From assembly GCA_951406725.2 (NCBI GenBank), contig OX597830.1:17794001-17858000 (forward strand): DNA of 64,000 nt. Reading direction: 5' to 3'. Of this stretch, positions 40,869 through 54,933 are shown piece by piece. This DNA is from Octopus vulgaris. Lineage: Eukaryota. A program made the translations under genes and the position numbers. Under the pieces are notes generated by a model. The model was given only the letters and a program-made list of their open reading frames with translations. It was not told the DNA's origin and searched no databases. Numbering within the stretch: position 1 is the stretch's first letter; every line of letters begins with the position of its first letter.

Positions 40869-41601
40869 TTTCTCCTTTTATTCATAATGTACGGAGAACT
40901 ACGTTATTGAATGCGTCGTTCCTTCTTTTATATTTTGAGATTGGTTAAATATCATTTCAGAGATATATTTCAGTGGTATTTCTAACAAGTCTACCGGTTG
41001 GTATAACGTGTCCATATTTTACATTAAAGTTGGACATTCTCTTTATTGGTTGTCGACTGGAGATGTTAACTCTGTCAACAATATCGCCTTTACAGTGATG
41101 GCGAAAACTCACTGAAAATCTGATCTCTTATGAACCACATTTAAGCTCACTTTTCCTTCCAATTCTTAACTATGTATCCAGCAAGTCTAACCAAAAGCAG
41201 TGCATTTACTCCCATCATGCAGCGAGTATTTTACTTTATACCTTTCGGTGGACTTATTTTGTGTTCTCGACTTTGGTCCTTCTTTTACATACCTTCGCCA
41301 TATCCTTGATGAAGCGCTCTCTGCTTCCCTCTGCAGTTCTTGAATCCCTGCTTTCTTATCCTTCCGAAATAGAATATCGACCGGGTAGAACATCATAGAT
41401 AGAACTACAGACCCGTGATATCGCGGCTCTACTGGGAGCCCTGTATACTGCCCATACTTGTGATTCATTCAGCTTCCTAATCCCTTCATATTTTAGGCTA
41501 TTCCTTGCAAGTTTCTTTTATTATGTTTACTTGCCTCAGTCATGTTTACTTGCCAGTTGTCAAGCGGTGGTGGGTGACAAACACAAACAGAAACTCAAAC
41601 A

Positions 41602-41642
<41 letters not shown>

Positions 41643-41833
41643 ATTTAGGGTAGCAAAAAATTCAATAGAAATTTATCGCTACCAGCGGCCTAGTGGAAAA
41701 GAGAAAATAGTCTCTTTTGAATTAGGGTAAACGTTTTTAAATTTTCACCTAATTTCTGAATTACTACTACTTGGCGGTTTGAGTTCTGGCTGCTCTCTCT
41801 GGTGGACGAATGACCTGTTAAGGCCATTCCTAA

Positions 41834-41909
<76 letters not shown>

Positions 41910-42378
41910 GTATATAAATTCTTTAATAATTCTAAATATAATTATAATATAAAAGATTATAAATGATTCCTATTATTTTTATAATAATAAACCTAATATT
42001 AACAATTAAGAATTATGATAAGTTTTATTTTTGGTATTAATAATATGTATTATGATAATACAAGACAAAGTCTTTTTACTATTTTTTACTATTTACTGTT
42101 TTTGTACTTTATTGATTTTTAGAATAAGGTTTTTTTATAGTACATGCTTTCTATATGGTGTGAATAACATCTTTTATTATTGAATTAATAGAGGTTTTTC
42201 TCTAAATTGTATACATACATACATACCTACATATATATATATACACGTGTACACATACATATATATGTATATATATATATATATATATTCCACTTAGGCA
42301 TTGCGATAGTAATGACCTGATGTTAGGAGCTTATATACATATTCTTCAGAACGAGGCGTCAGTCGAGTACAGAGCAGT

Positions 42379-42604
42379 AATAAGAGAATAGGATGTCAAA
42401 GGAATAAACAATTATGTTATGAAGTTCATTAGCTTACACCTGTTTCTGCTATAAAATGCAATACACTCATAGCTGAAGTTCTCGAATATCACCCTATAAA
42501 TTCATCGGAGTTTCAAACATGAAGTACAATTTTATTTGAAACAGCTGTAAAGTAATGGAACTCATTACATAATAGTTTATTCCTTTCTCGTCCCATTTTC
42601 TTAT
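42379..42604. repeat. Imperfect inverted repeat (~65-bp arms), Penelope-terminus-like
   Basis: The arms end in gaaacag(c/g)tgtaa, the 3' half of a hammerhead core. Confidence 0.55.
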
Positions 42605-43582
42605 ATGGCCCAATGTGCCACGCAATGGGACTGAACCCGAAACCATGTGGTTGGGAAGCAAACTTCTCACTACACAGCCACGCTTACATATCTTCCGAAA
42701 ACACCATCACCTCAGCAATCTGTATATTCTCGTCAAATCATACATTATAAATTTGGGACGTTGCTTCGTTATTACGATGTGGCTTGGGAACAAGGGTATT
42801 TTCTTCAAATCCACATGGAGCTTCCAGCCAAGACTACTATTCAGAAGAATGGATCGTAGATTTTATTTTGCTTGTGCTACATCATTGCCTCTTCTCGCCT
42901 GTCCAGTAGAAAAGAGGATGCAACTTATTTCTGATTCATATGGCACTGATGTCACTGTGTTGCAGTATAAATGCAGGCCAACAGCAAGGATACTTAATAT
43001 TTGTATTAGCCACCAGATGCCTTAGTTATCATAACAGCAACTTTTATATTGGCTTTCGGAACAAAATATCATATTTTGATATAAACACTTGTTTATATCA
43101 AAAGCCAATATCATGGTTTCTCTCATGATAACTGCCGCAGTATAGTTTGTTCTACATCCTTGTATTTGTAGGAATAAATATTACCTCTCAGTATTAATAT
43201 TGCCCCTGTCGCTAATAAATATCTACCAATTAAAATGGTTTGTGTGCGGCCAAAATGCTTTCGATCGATGCATAACCTTGGGTGTTTTGCCAAGTACACC
43301 AATAACCCCAGGAACAATTGTCACCTTTGCGTTGCGCAATTTTTCTTCTCTCTCTCTCTCTAACTGAGTCGAGGCTGTGAGCTGACTGAATACTTAGCTC
43401 GTCAGCCAAAATTACGTTCTGAGTTCAAATTCCACCGAGGTCGACTTTGCATTTCATCCTTTCGAGATCGATAAAATAAGTACATGTTGAACATTTGGCT
43501 CGATGTTATCGATAAACCTCTTCCCCTAAAACTTCTAGCCTTGAGTGCCAAAATTTGAAACAATTCTTATTATTATGAATTA

Positions 43583-43602
43583 TTTTATTATTATTATTAT
43601 TA

Positions 43603-43664
<62 letters not shown>

Positions 43665-43665
43665 G

Positions 43666-43748
<83 letters not shown>

Positions 43749-43787
43749 CGTTGTTGTTACTATAAACTATCGTTAGTATTATTATTA

Positions 43788-43840
<53 letters not shown>
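43583..43840. repeat. (TTA)n microsatellite abutting the TKRP terminal-exon acceptor
   Basis: Direct reading. Confidence 0.95.
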
Positions 43841-43842
<2 letters not shown>

Positions 43843-43844
43843 AG

Positions 43845-43924
43845 ATTCACCAAAGGAGAACTACGAAAGGCGGGCGTCTTTACACAACACATTCATACCT
43901 TCGCGAGGTAAGCGATCCACATAA
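43845..43924 (+). CDS. TKRP: TKRP precursor, terminal coding exon encoding ASLHNTFIPSR-amide
   Basis: ACAG acceptor ends at 43844. Joined to the phase-1 donor at 12884 it reads (G)AT TCA CCA...: DSPKENYE-RR-ASLHNTFIPSR-GKR-ST-stop (TAA at 43922-43924). This is a dibasic site, an F-x-x-x-R peptide and a GKR amidation/cleavage signal. Too short to appear in the ORF track. Confidence 0.93.
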
Positions 43925-44350
43925 AGAGACCCGAGCAACCAATCAAAATACTTGAGCTTGAGTGACAATAAACGACACTGAACCATTACATTCCTCCCAA
44001 CTACCACTACCACTACCACTCACATCACTATTACCACCACTGATTAACCAATTAACCAAACAAACTAATCAACCGTGATTGCTGCCATCTTGCAAATTGT
44101 CCAGTGGTTACGACCAGATACAATGAGATTCGAAGAGATTCGACAACATATAGTCTGCTTTAAAAACGCTTCGCGTATTAACTGTTTGACGTAATAATCT
44201 CATGTTACACAAAAACTTGTGCGTGTAATTTACAGAATGTTTTTGTCGTTTTTTTTTAATTATAATTTTCCAGTGTTTTCCATAATGGATCCTGCGATTA
44301 CTTTAGGTTGTATGACAATAAATAAAAAAAATGTTTTCTTTTGAAATAAA
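43925..44350 (+). promoter_or_regulatory. Probable TKRP 3' UTR with candidate polyadenylation signals
   Basis: AATAAA at 43967-43972, 44317-44326 (two overlapping) and 44345-44350, with GT/T-rich sequence downstream. Confidence 0.55.
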
Positions 44351-44622
44351 TCATTCGTTAAGGAATCATGAACTAACACAGTGTTGTCATTTTAGTGGTT
44401 TTAATGTTAATTCTATTTTTCCGTATATATTTCAGGCAATTGTATTTTTGTCTATGCGTATGTGGTGTGTTTGCGTGTCTGTGCATGAGTTTGTATGTGT
44501 CTAGTTTCCGTCTCCCATACTACTACGAATCACTCGGTATATGCTCTTGTGTCTACGCATCTTCAGACGTTCGTCTTTTTGTCTGATGCCTCTACATTTA
44601 TTACTTTTTTGTAAGAATCCCT

Positions 44623-45047
44623 GGATCTTTTCGGTTTGAACGGCAGTTTTTAACATAAATTCTATGTAACTAAAATATTTTAAACTTCGTATACTGGTAG
44701 AATGTGTTTATAAAACATCTTTTTCTCTTGGCTTTATTAAGAAAATTCTATAGTTTGTAAGATATTTGTTGTTATTTTTCTTCAATTTCTGCAATTTCAA
44801 ACAATCAATGACGTCCATTGAGGTAAATAAAAACATTCTGTACCGTATGAATATGTCCCTCGTTTAAGAAACAGATTGGGTTTATTTACATTTCTGAAGA
44901 AAAAAAGATACCCTTCCCCCACCCATAACCCTAACCCTAACCCTAAAACAGATTGAAATGCAATAGATCGATACTAGGATCATAATTATGGGTGACAATT
45001 TCATATGACACCGCCAGAAAAAACTGCCGTTCAAACCGAAAAGATCC
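44623..45047. mobile_element. Same MITE, copy 3
   Basis: Same TIRs; perfect TSD GAATCCCT at 44615-44622 and 45048-45055; CCCTAA repeats near 44922-44946. Confidence 0.9.
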
Positions 45048-45565
45048 GAATCCCTAAGCATCTTGTCGATTGAAACGTCACTTTAGCCAAAATAACGACT
45101 GACACTATCTCAGTTGTAAATATCCAGCTCTTACAATGATTGTTTGCCACAAACAGATCGTTTTATTAACTCTCCGGTTTTGTTTTACTTCCTCCTTCTA
45201 GCCAGTTCCTCCTTCCAGCCAGTTCCTCTTTCCAACCAGTTTCTCCTTACATCATTTATAAACTATTCCGATCACTATGGACGTGGAAATGTCTAAAATC
45301 ATGCTTATACTTCATGACTGCAACATATAAGCAGGGCCTATAAAAGGGTTGATTATCTGATAAAAAAAATACACACACAGTTTCCCTTGTATTTTGAGAG
45401 AAGCATCCTCTTCTTGGGACCCGAAAGTTCCGCCTTGCAAAATTCCTGTTGGTAGATACACGTTCATAAATGCAGGAACGAAATTTGCTTAGAGATGCAA
45501 ACCCAGGTCTAAACTTTTTTACAAACAAGGTCAATATTTTCAATCATAATATCAAAACGAAAACA

Positions 45566-45890
<325 letters not shown>

Positions 45891-45892
45891 TT

Positions 45893-46375
45893 GTTTTGTC
45901 TTAGTATAAAAGATGGGCTACAGAAAAATATTCTGCTCAATATCACAGATTTGCTTGTCAGTTGTTTGACCTTAACCAGTTGAACATGTCCCTTAGTGGC
46001 TGACGATATGTGCATCTCTGATCACAAGCAGTAGTAGTGGGGGAGCATCATAGCCGTGTGTTGAAAGGAATTTTTAGATGTTTGGATAATTCACCTTTGG
46101 AAACATGGGTGTTTTGTTCAACATTCTTAAACAATCCTTATTCATGTACCTTTTGAGCGGGATGGGTTACTCGTCCTGAAGAAAATTCTAACTGGTCCTC
46201 ACCTGCAAGGTCATGCGCTGTTTATCTTGATATGAGATCACCATGTCGCGCACATATGGTTGTGATGCATGTGCCTGGTGTACCTTTATCAGACGGGTAG
46301 TCATGATGGCTATACTGGGCTTCTTATATTTTTACCCCAGTGTCACTTTGATGGCATGCACTGCTCTCTCACTCA
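45893..46375 (+). mobile_element. Second copy of the (TAA)n-associated repeat
   Basis: Reverse complement of most of 15347-15880; ends gctctctcactc-(AAT)n. Confidence 0.75.
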
Positions 46376-47022
46376 ATAATAATAATGATAATAGTTATTA
46401 TTATTATCATCATCATCATCATTATTATTATATTTGTATATCACTCAAATCAGATAAATCCAATAATGGTAATGCTTTATATCAGTCCAAAACAGTTTCC
46501 AAGTTCGTTCGTCTTCGCGATGACGTATTTCAGGAGGATGTTCAAAGCGTTTTCAATGTCCCTCAAAAACTTTAGTGGGTGCGCTTGCACCCCCTACTTT
46601 CCCTGTTCTTGAGCCAATGGTCTAATTTCTCTGTTTGCCTGCCTACTTCCTATTCTAACCAAAATATTTACCTTCGCTAATCCGGCTGTTGATGGAACGG
46701 GAAACATTCCATGATAACACCATAACTATCGATTTTCCCGCAGTCAACAATAAGAAACGTCCAAGCTTTACGACCACGTAGTGCAACGAAAAAAACATTC
46801 TTTAGCAAACCATGTGTTGGTAGCAATAGTTAAATCCAAGTATAGATCCTATCCAATCACTTTATTGCCAATTAGTCGGTTATCTTTTGATTCCACTTTC
46901 ATATTTAGAATCAGCGCCCACTTCAAATAATAAAAAGAAAAACAGAAAAAAACGAAGTTGTTCACAATTTTTATTCTTTCGCAATCTAGGAAAGCATCAA
47001 CTATTATTCCGTTGATATAACC

Positions 47023-47222
47023 TTAACTCTTTAGCATTTAAACTGACCACATCTGGCCCAAACTGGTCAAATCCAAACTGCCATACCTACCTGACTATGT
47101 CATTCTCAAAATAAGCAATCACGTCATCAAAATCTCGAAGCTACGAGATAATGCATAATGAATTCAAATGAACGTGAATAAATAAGCATTACATTTGGCT
47201 GAACAAGTTGCTAAAGGGTTAA
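47023..47222. mobile_element. piggyBac-type MITE, second copy
   Basis: TTAA-CTCTTTAGCA...TGCTAAAGGG-TTAA; internal similarity to 24929-25209. Confidence 0.72.
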
Positions 47223-47229
47223 AGCATCT

Positions 47230-47412
47230 GCATGGTGCTTCGACTTGCTAGAAATAACCAAATCTCCGTCGAATCTGGTTTTATCTATTTGTATAAGGAG
47301 AGGTCACCGCAAGTGATGTAATCATAGATACCCCTGAAAAACCTGGATGGTCACGGCTGGAAATCCTTTGTTTATTGATCTGCTTAGAGTTGATAGGGGG
47401 ACTAAACAACAG
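47230..47412 (+). mobile_element. Old interspersed repeat ending ggggctaaa(caa)n
   Basis: cttgctagaaata-c...ggatggtcacggctggaa...gggg-ctaaacaacagc. Diverged relatives near 11800-11895, 13700-13990, 19150-19330, 37440-37880, 40390-40530, 50420-50620, 53090-53250. Confidence 0.55.
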
Positions 47413-47420
47413 CAAAGAGC

Positions 47421-47472
<52 letters not shown>

Positions 47473-47645
47473 TATACTTACAATGTACGAGTGGCTGTGT
47501 GGTAAGTAGCTTGCTTACAAACCACATGGTTCCAGGTTCAGTACCACTGCGTGGCACCTTGGGCAAGTGTCTTCCACTATAGTCTCGGGCCGACCAAAGC
47601 CTTGTGAGTGGATTTGGTAGACGGAAAGTGAAAGAAGTCGGTCGT

Positions 47646-47742
<97 letters not shown>

Positions 47743-49279
47743 CATACATATATTATAGGATAAAATTTTTCGAAAAGCATTTTATCAATGGCCAGCATAT
47801 TAAAATATACCTTTAAAGGTTAAATTTATAAACAACTTATAAACACGGGCAAAAGAAACAAATTCTAATGTCAATAACCACATATTTTAACACTATAAAC
47901 TCGCGTCTCGAAGTAAACCGACAGAAATTTCTAAAAAAAATTCCGTTATTACCGTATCGGTCCCAATTTCAGAGTTAATTCGTAAGAATTTTCTCCTCGT
48001 CAGTCATAAATACGTAAGGCATAAATGAAATACTTACCTATACCCATGGAAGAAGCAAGCATCAAGTCATGAGCAGACCTAAGTACCCCAAATATATCCG
48101 TATTGTCTTTGTAAGTTCGTATGAGTCAGCACACATTGTTGGTACATAGGTACGCTATGACTGACTCTACCTTGCTGCTTTAACTATTTAAATGAGTGAT
48201 TGTTTCGGATCCTGAAAATCTTATTTTATATATATATATATATATAACTGTATAATAATATATCATAATAATATATATTCTCCGATGTATGTATATATTT
48301 ATGCATATTTGTGTGTCTGTGTTTGTCCCTCCACCATCACTTGACACCAATGTTGGTGTGCTTACGTCCTCGTAACTTAGCGGTTGCGCAAAGGGAACCG
48401 TGTGTGTGTGTGTGTGTGCGTCTATAAGAGAAACTTATATTTACTAACACAAAAGTATGCTATTAAAATAAATTATTTTTTGTATATCTTTTTAAAACAC
48501 ACTGTCGCCCAAATGAAACACTGACAAACACACGTACACGCACACACACACACACACGCACGCACACACACACACACAAAAAAAAACACGCACACATATA
48601 CACACAGACACACACACACACACAGCCTGAGCGATATTCTTTTATGGAGAGTAAGAAAGTTTACCATCAGAAAATGAATAAGACAGACAAATAAAGATTG
48701 AGAAATCTTTTCTGTTGATCTCACAGATTTTGAAATTCAAATTCCAGTGATAATATTCAAATTTGAAATAATGATGTACTTTTTCACGCTAAATCCGAAT
48801 TTGTGATTTATTTATTCCAGAAACAGTTTTAGAAAAATGTAACAGTCGTTTAAAAATTTGATCATTTTTACCAAATCAGAAAACAGGATTTGGACGCTAA
48901 GCATTTTGTGCGTGATAAGCTATGTATCATAAGATGAAAATAAGCATTGGATGCCAAGGTTTTAAACAAAATGAAAGTTATGCGTGGGAGTTAATACATA
49001 TATAGAGAATGAGTGTCAAAGAGTAAGGTAAATATATACAGAGATAGATTGGTGTTGATAGATAGAGAGTGGGAGATTTGTCTGTCTAAAAGTTGAGTTA
49101 TTTCGCGTAAAGAATTATATTATTATTTATGTATGATATTGTCTTTAGGACGCAGATTTCGGAAGTCAAATGATGCACCGTTTCAGAGCCTATGGGGCTA
49201 AACACTCATACATAACTACCATATACGCTCGCATTTATGTAGTAGATACACACGCACGCACGCACACACGCGCGCGCAC

Positions 49280-49932
<653 letters not shown>

Positions 49933-49948
49933 TTATTTTATAGAAGGA

Positions 49949-49997
49949 GCTTCTACAGGACTAGAACTGTTTCATTCAAAAGAAATCATCAGGAAGC
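49949..49997 (-). ncRNA. Type I hammerhead ribozyme motif
   Basis: Minus strand reads gcttc-CTGATGA-tttcttttgaat-GAAA-cag-ttctagtc-ctg-TA-gaagc: intact core, 5-bp stem I, stem III cag/ctg, GUA cleavage triplet. Stem II is weak. Confidence 0.7.
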
Positions 49998-51239
49998 CTA
50001 TATATATATACGACGGGCTTCCACAAAATTTCTGTCTACTAAATTTACTCGCAAGGTACTGGTCGGCCAGGATCCATGGTAGAAGACTCAAAATCCCACA
50101 CAGTGAGACTGAACCCAAAACTACATAACTCCAAAGCGAACTCCTTATCAATGCAGCCCGGGCCGGCGTTGCTGCCGTTATCTTCTACCTTCAGTAAATA
50201 TGTTGGTATCTATACAATCCACATTTGCCATCGCTTCTTGTATGTCACTGTCCTTTGCTATTTCCGCCTACATTCAAATTCTGCTGTTCTCCCATACTTC
50301 GCATAATAGTTTCTCGAGGAACGATGTCTTAGAATACCTATTTCTAACAGGAATCGCCACACTCATACACATTCTCCACCATGGATAACATTCCTTGTGC
50401 TAAAGTACAATAACGATGGAGCCTCTATGTGGCTGTTTGGTCTGGTAGAAATAACAGTCACATTTCCTACAAATCATACGCTACGATATTTAGAAAGGAA
50501 TTCGTATTAGATAATGTAGGTTGAGTATACTTCCCTAGAAAAAATGAAGAAGGCAAGATGGTCATAGCTAGAAAGCCTTTAATTACATCTCAATTAAGAT
50601 TTATTTCGCGGCTAAACAACAAGTAATAATACCTTTATTTTTTAGCACAAATGATTTTATTTAACCATATTTGCTTCATTTTATTTAACCGTATTTGCAA
50701 TCATTGGAGTGCGGCTATGTTGGAGCATAGCCTTGAAGGGTTTAGTCGAACAATCTGACGCCATTAGTAAATTTTAAGTGTATCAGCTTGTTTTGCAGAA
50801 CTGTCAAGTTACGAGGGACGTAAGAAAACATACCGGATGCGAAGCGGTGGTGGGGACAAACACAAAGACACAAACACGTAATTACGTAAATATATATGTA
50901 TATACGTATATAGATACACAAATATATATGTATATATGTATATGCATACATAGTTTTCGACAGTTTCCATCTACCAAATCCGCTCACAAAGCATCAATCG
51001 GCCCAAGGCTATAATAGAAAACATTTGTCCAAAGTGACGCGCAGGGGATGGAACCCGAAACCACGTGGTTGCCGAGGGAACTTCCTTACCACTCAGCCAG
51101 CCTATTTAGAAACGAAAAAAAAACGGGATAATCATAGATGGAACGATTTTAATTATGTCTTCTCATTTAAGACTGATTCAGTGGTTAAGCAACAACAAAC
51201 TGCTGACATTTTTATTTTTGGGTACAAAGTATTTGATGA

Positions 51240-52051
51240 CAACCGAGCAAGAGAAATAATATTCTTAAGATTATAAATCTGGAAAAGTTCAGGACAAGTT
51301 ATTACACTTGGAAAAGTTTAGGGCAAGTTATTACATTTGGTAAAGTACAGAACAAGAGCATTTTTACCTAAAATATTGCGGCTAAGGATAAAATTTCAAA
51401 TAAAATATTTAGATTTTGAAAATATTAGCTATTATTAAAACTAAAAATTTTATTACAAGTTATTCTATTTGAAATTACTTCTTACTTCTATTAAAAACTA
51501 AAAATAACTTAATTAAAATATTTTTTGCTCTTCAAAAAAATTTTTTTTTTAAATATTAATTAATAATTAGAAATTTGCAAATAGGTTATAAAAAATAATA
51601 GTAGTACATAATTAGTTAGTACAATTGAATAATACAAAAATTAGCTATAAATTACAGTAAAATATACCTTTAACAACAAATTCACACTAAAATTTGCTTG
51701 AGTTATTGCCAAGTCTTCACATTATTAGTCTTGACCCAATGCCTATTTTTTTACATAAAGAATTTGCCTACCATATATACTATTCTGCTTTGCATAAAAC
51801 TTTAGCTACATTGGCACTTCTGGCTCTCATTTTTAAATATTCTAGTGTCAATATTTTAACAAAATGATAGCACCTTTTTTAATTATAATGTTTCTTCGTA
51901 GATTAAAATCAAATAATTTTTAATATTCAAATTTTATCCTTAGCAATATTTTAAGTAAAAATGTTCTTGTTCTGCACCTTGCCAAATGTAATTACTTGTC
52001 CTGAACTTTTCCAAGTGTAATAACTTGTCCTGTAATTTTCTCTTGGTCGTA
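51240..52051. mobile_element. AT-rich non-autonomous DNA transposon with ~150-bp TIRs containing 29-bp subterminal repeats
   Basis: ggaaaagttcaggacaagttattacactt repeats on the left, mirrored at ~51925-52050. Confidence 0.65.
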
Positions 52052-53518
52052 TTTTTCCATGTAAACCATGTTTTTCCAGGCTATGCTATTATGCTAATTT
52101 ATAATGCGTCAAATGTGTCAATTAGCGGCATCTTTGATAATTTTTTCCTTACCTCAATGATGCTGGTGACATATATTAAAAATCCCCTTGTAGAGCTACA
52201 TTCATAAAAACGTATAGAACTATAGTATCACCTTCAAATTTGAGAAATAAACTCATAACTTTTTCTTTTAAAACTTCATTGCATGAGATTGATACCATGA
52301 AATTCCTTGAATTGAGCTCTATCATTTAAGCTTAATTAAAATATAGTTTGTTTTTAAAATAAAACAGTTAATTATACTTAAGTTCAATTTTTTGCCTTAC
52401 TTATATTTTTTCTCATGATATTTTACCGCAACTTTTTTTGATACAAACTTTTGTTGCATAGGACCAAAACTATGAAATTCTTCACGCTTTCTTCTATTAT
52501 TGAAGCTAAGATAAATATTGGACTAAATCTCAAATCGTTAATGACAAAATGTAGCTAAGGACCAGCCCTCTTCAAAACTGTTAACAGTTTTCCATTTGGT
52601 TAAGGACTGAATTAGCGACAAGCTCTGAAGAGTGCTGCGTGTGAGTAAATTGCCGCCTAAAGAATATTTTTCAACTACTACCGTAGTTGAATGATACGAG
52701 GAATTCATACAATACATCAAAAATAACGAAATGGCACTACATGCGAGAATAATTAAATATATTTCCGATTTTTTTCGTTGAAAGAGACGGTGTACCCACT
52801 ATATTCGAGGTCGTATTGTATTCGAGGATATATACAGTCGTGTTTTTTAAACGTACACAGAATTTTAAAAACTTTATTTATCAGTTTGTATTATTGCCCA
52901 AGATTATTTATTTTGAATCCTGATGTTTATATTGACTCTTAAGCTTTTGCTCGGCTAACAAGGATAATGTCTTATCGATAATCCGGTTCTTACTTTTGTT
53001 ATGGCTGCGTTAAAGTAGAGTTATTTGGCTTTGTTTCACACATATTCCTTGTCGTCTGTTGATATGTAATAAATGAAGTAATAAAGAAAACTGTATGTTG
53101 TTGCTCGACTTGCTGAAAATAGCAGTAAGCTCCTCAAGTCACACATGGCCACGTTTAAGAAAAGAATAATAAACATTCAGCAATGTAGTCTGAGATATAT
53201 AAAAGGACGAGAAAGTCCACTCAATAGCGGCTGACCTCGGGTTAAAAAATAACATATAAAGATGGACACTTTTTCATTCATGATAATATATTCATGTATA
53301 GGCGGCGAGCTGGGAGGATCATTAGTACACCGGGAAAATTGCTCAGTGTCATTTCGCCCGTCTTTACGTTCGGAGTTCAAATTTAACCGGGGTCGACTTT
53401 GCGTTTCATCCTTTTGAGATTCATTAAAAAGTACCAGTTGAGCGCTGGGGTCAATGTAATCGACCCGCTCCTCCCCGAAACTGCTGACTTTGCACCAAAA
53501 TTTGAAATCAATATTATA

Positions 53519-53941
53519 TGGCTGTGTGTAAGTAGCTTGCTTACCAACCACATGGCTCCGGGTTCAGTCCCACTGCGTTGCACCTTGGGCATGTGTCTTC
53601 TATTATAGCCTCGGGCCGACCAAAGCCTTGTGAGTGGATTTGGCAAACGGAAACTGAAAGAATCTCGTCGTATATATGTATATGTATATATATGTGTTTG
53701 TGTGTGTGTGTGTATGTGTGTGTGAGTGTGTGTGTGTGTGTTTGTGTGTCTGTGGTTGTCCCACCAACATCACTTGACAACCGATGCTGGTGTATTTACG
53801 TCCCCATAATTTAGCGGTTCGGCAAAAGAGACCGATAGAATAAGTACTAGGCTTGCAAAAAATAAGTCCTCGGGTCGATTTGCTCGAGTAAAGGTGGTTC
53901 TCCAGCATGGCTGAAGTCAAATGACTGAAACAAGTAAAAGA
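53519..53941 (+). mobile_element. SINE family A (tRNA-like head, CORE-like segment, internal TA/TG microsatellite), full length
   Basis: ggctgtgtg(g)taagtagcttgc...gggttcagtccc (A/B-box-like), caccttgggca-gtgtctt (CORE-like), internal microsatellite, conserved 3' half ending gactgaaacaagtaaaaga. Confidence 0.85.
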
Positions 53942-54933
53942 GCATGTATTTGTGAATGTATGTATACATGTGGGAATGTATGCGTGAACATAAGCATGCA
54001 AGAATTCATGTATGGATTTATGTATGGGTTCATGTGTGTGTGAATGTCTGTATGTGTGAATGCACGTGTGCATGTATGTGCGTGTATGTGCCTTTCCGAT
54101 GGCCGATATATATTCTTTTAACAACAGTGTCATACTACGCCCAAAGGTAATATAAAGACATTTTTGGACAGCTGCTAATTTTACGTACAATATTTTACAC
54201 AGAGATGTGGTATTATCGGCAGTTCCTTTCGCATTTTGGGGGATTTAAACGTTTCCCTGATGAGCTACACGTCATGTTAATGCAAGTGTCATCCTTGAGT
54301 TTATGGAAGGTAGCTTCTTTTTTCGCTATGCAGCGTGTTTCTCTTCCATGGCATTTCTGCTATTCACTAGCCCAGCAAATCTGGATCGCAGAAAAGGTTA
54401 TTGGGAAGTGCATACTCCTTGAGTTTGCCAGCAACACGTGGGATAGTCTTTTCTCCACTTTTGGGCATTTGGCGTTTAGTTTTGTTTCTGATTTTTTTTT
54501 AGTAAATACCGAGTGTTATTATACGATACAAATGCGTTCTCACTTGACCTGAACCGTCTTCCACCTTCTTTTCGGACAGAGCTTGTCCGTATAACTCCGT
54601 ATAACTTATAACTCCGTATAACTTATACGGACAGAGCTTGTCCGTATAACTCTTTCGTTGAAAACTTCCTTTAATGTCATGACCTTTGCGTGGAGTTTCA
54701 TATCTATGGGGCGGTTTCTGCTAAAGCACAGTCAAATAGTCTAAACTTTTGTATTAAACTTGTGATATTGTCTTGTTGTAAGAGGAAAATTCTAGGTGCC
54801 ATCTTTTTTAAAGTTTGGTATGGTATTCTTTGTTCATTCTTTGTTCTCAGCACCTATGTACATAATTTCCTTCATAGCTAGGTATCGTAACACTCATTGG
54901 GTGGAACAAATGGGAAAGCGGCGTCATTTATCA

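Noticed and set aside
43905-43912. Consensus-like donor AG|GTAAG inside the last exon
   Set aside because: It coincides with Arg-Gly-Lys codons followed by an in-frame stop and poly(A) signals, and I found no downstream exon.
47950-48006. Minus-strand CTGACGA...GAAA hammerhead candidate
   Set aside because: Stems I and III could not be built convincingly.
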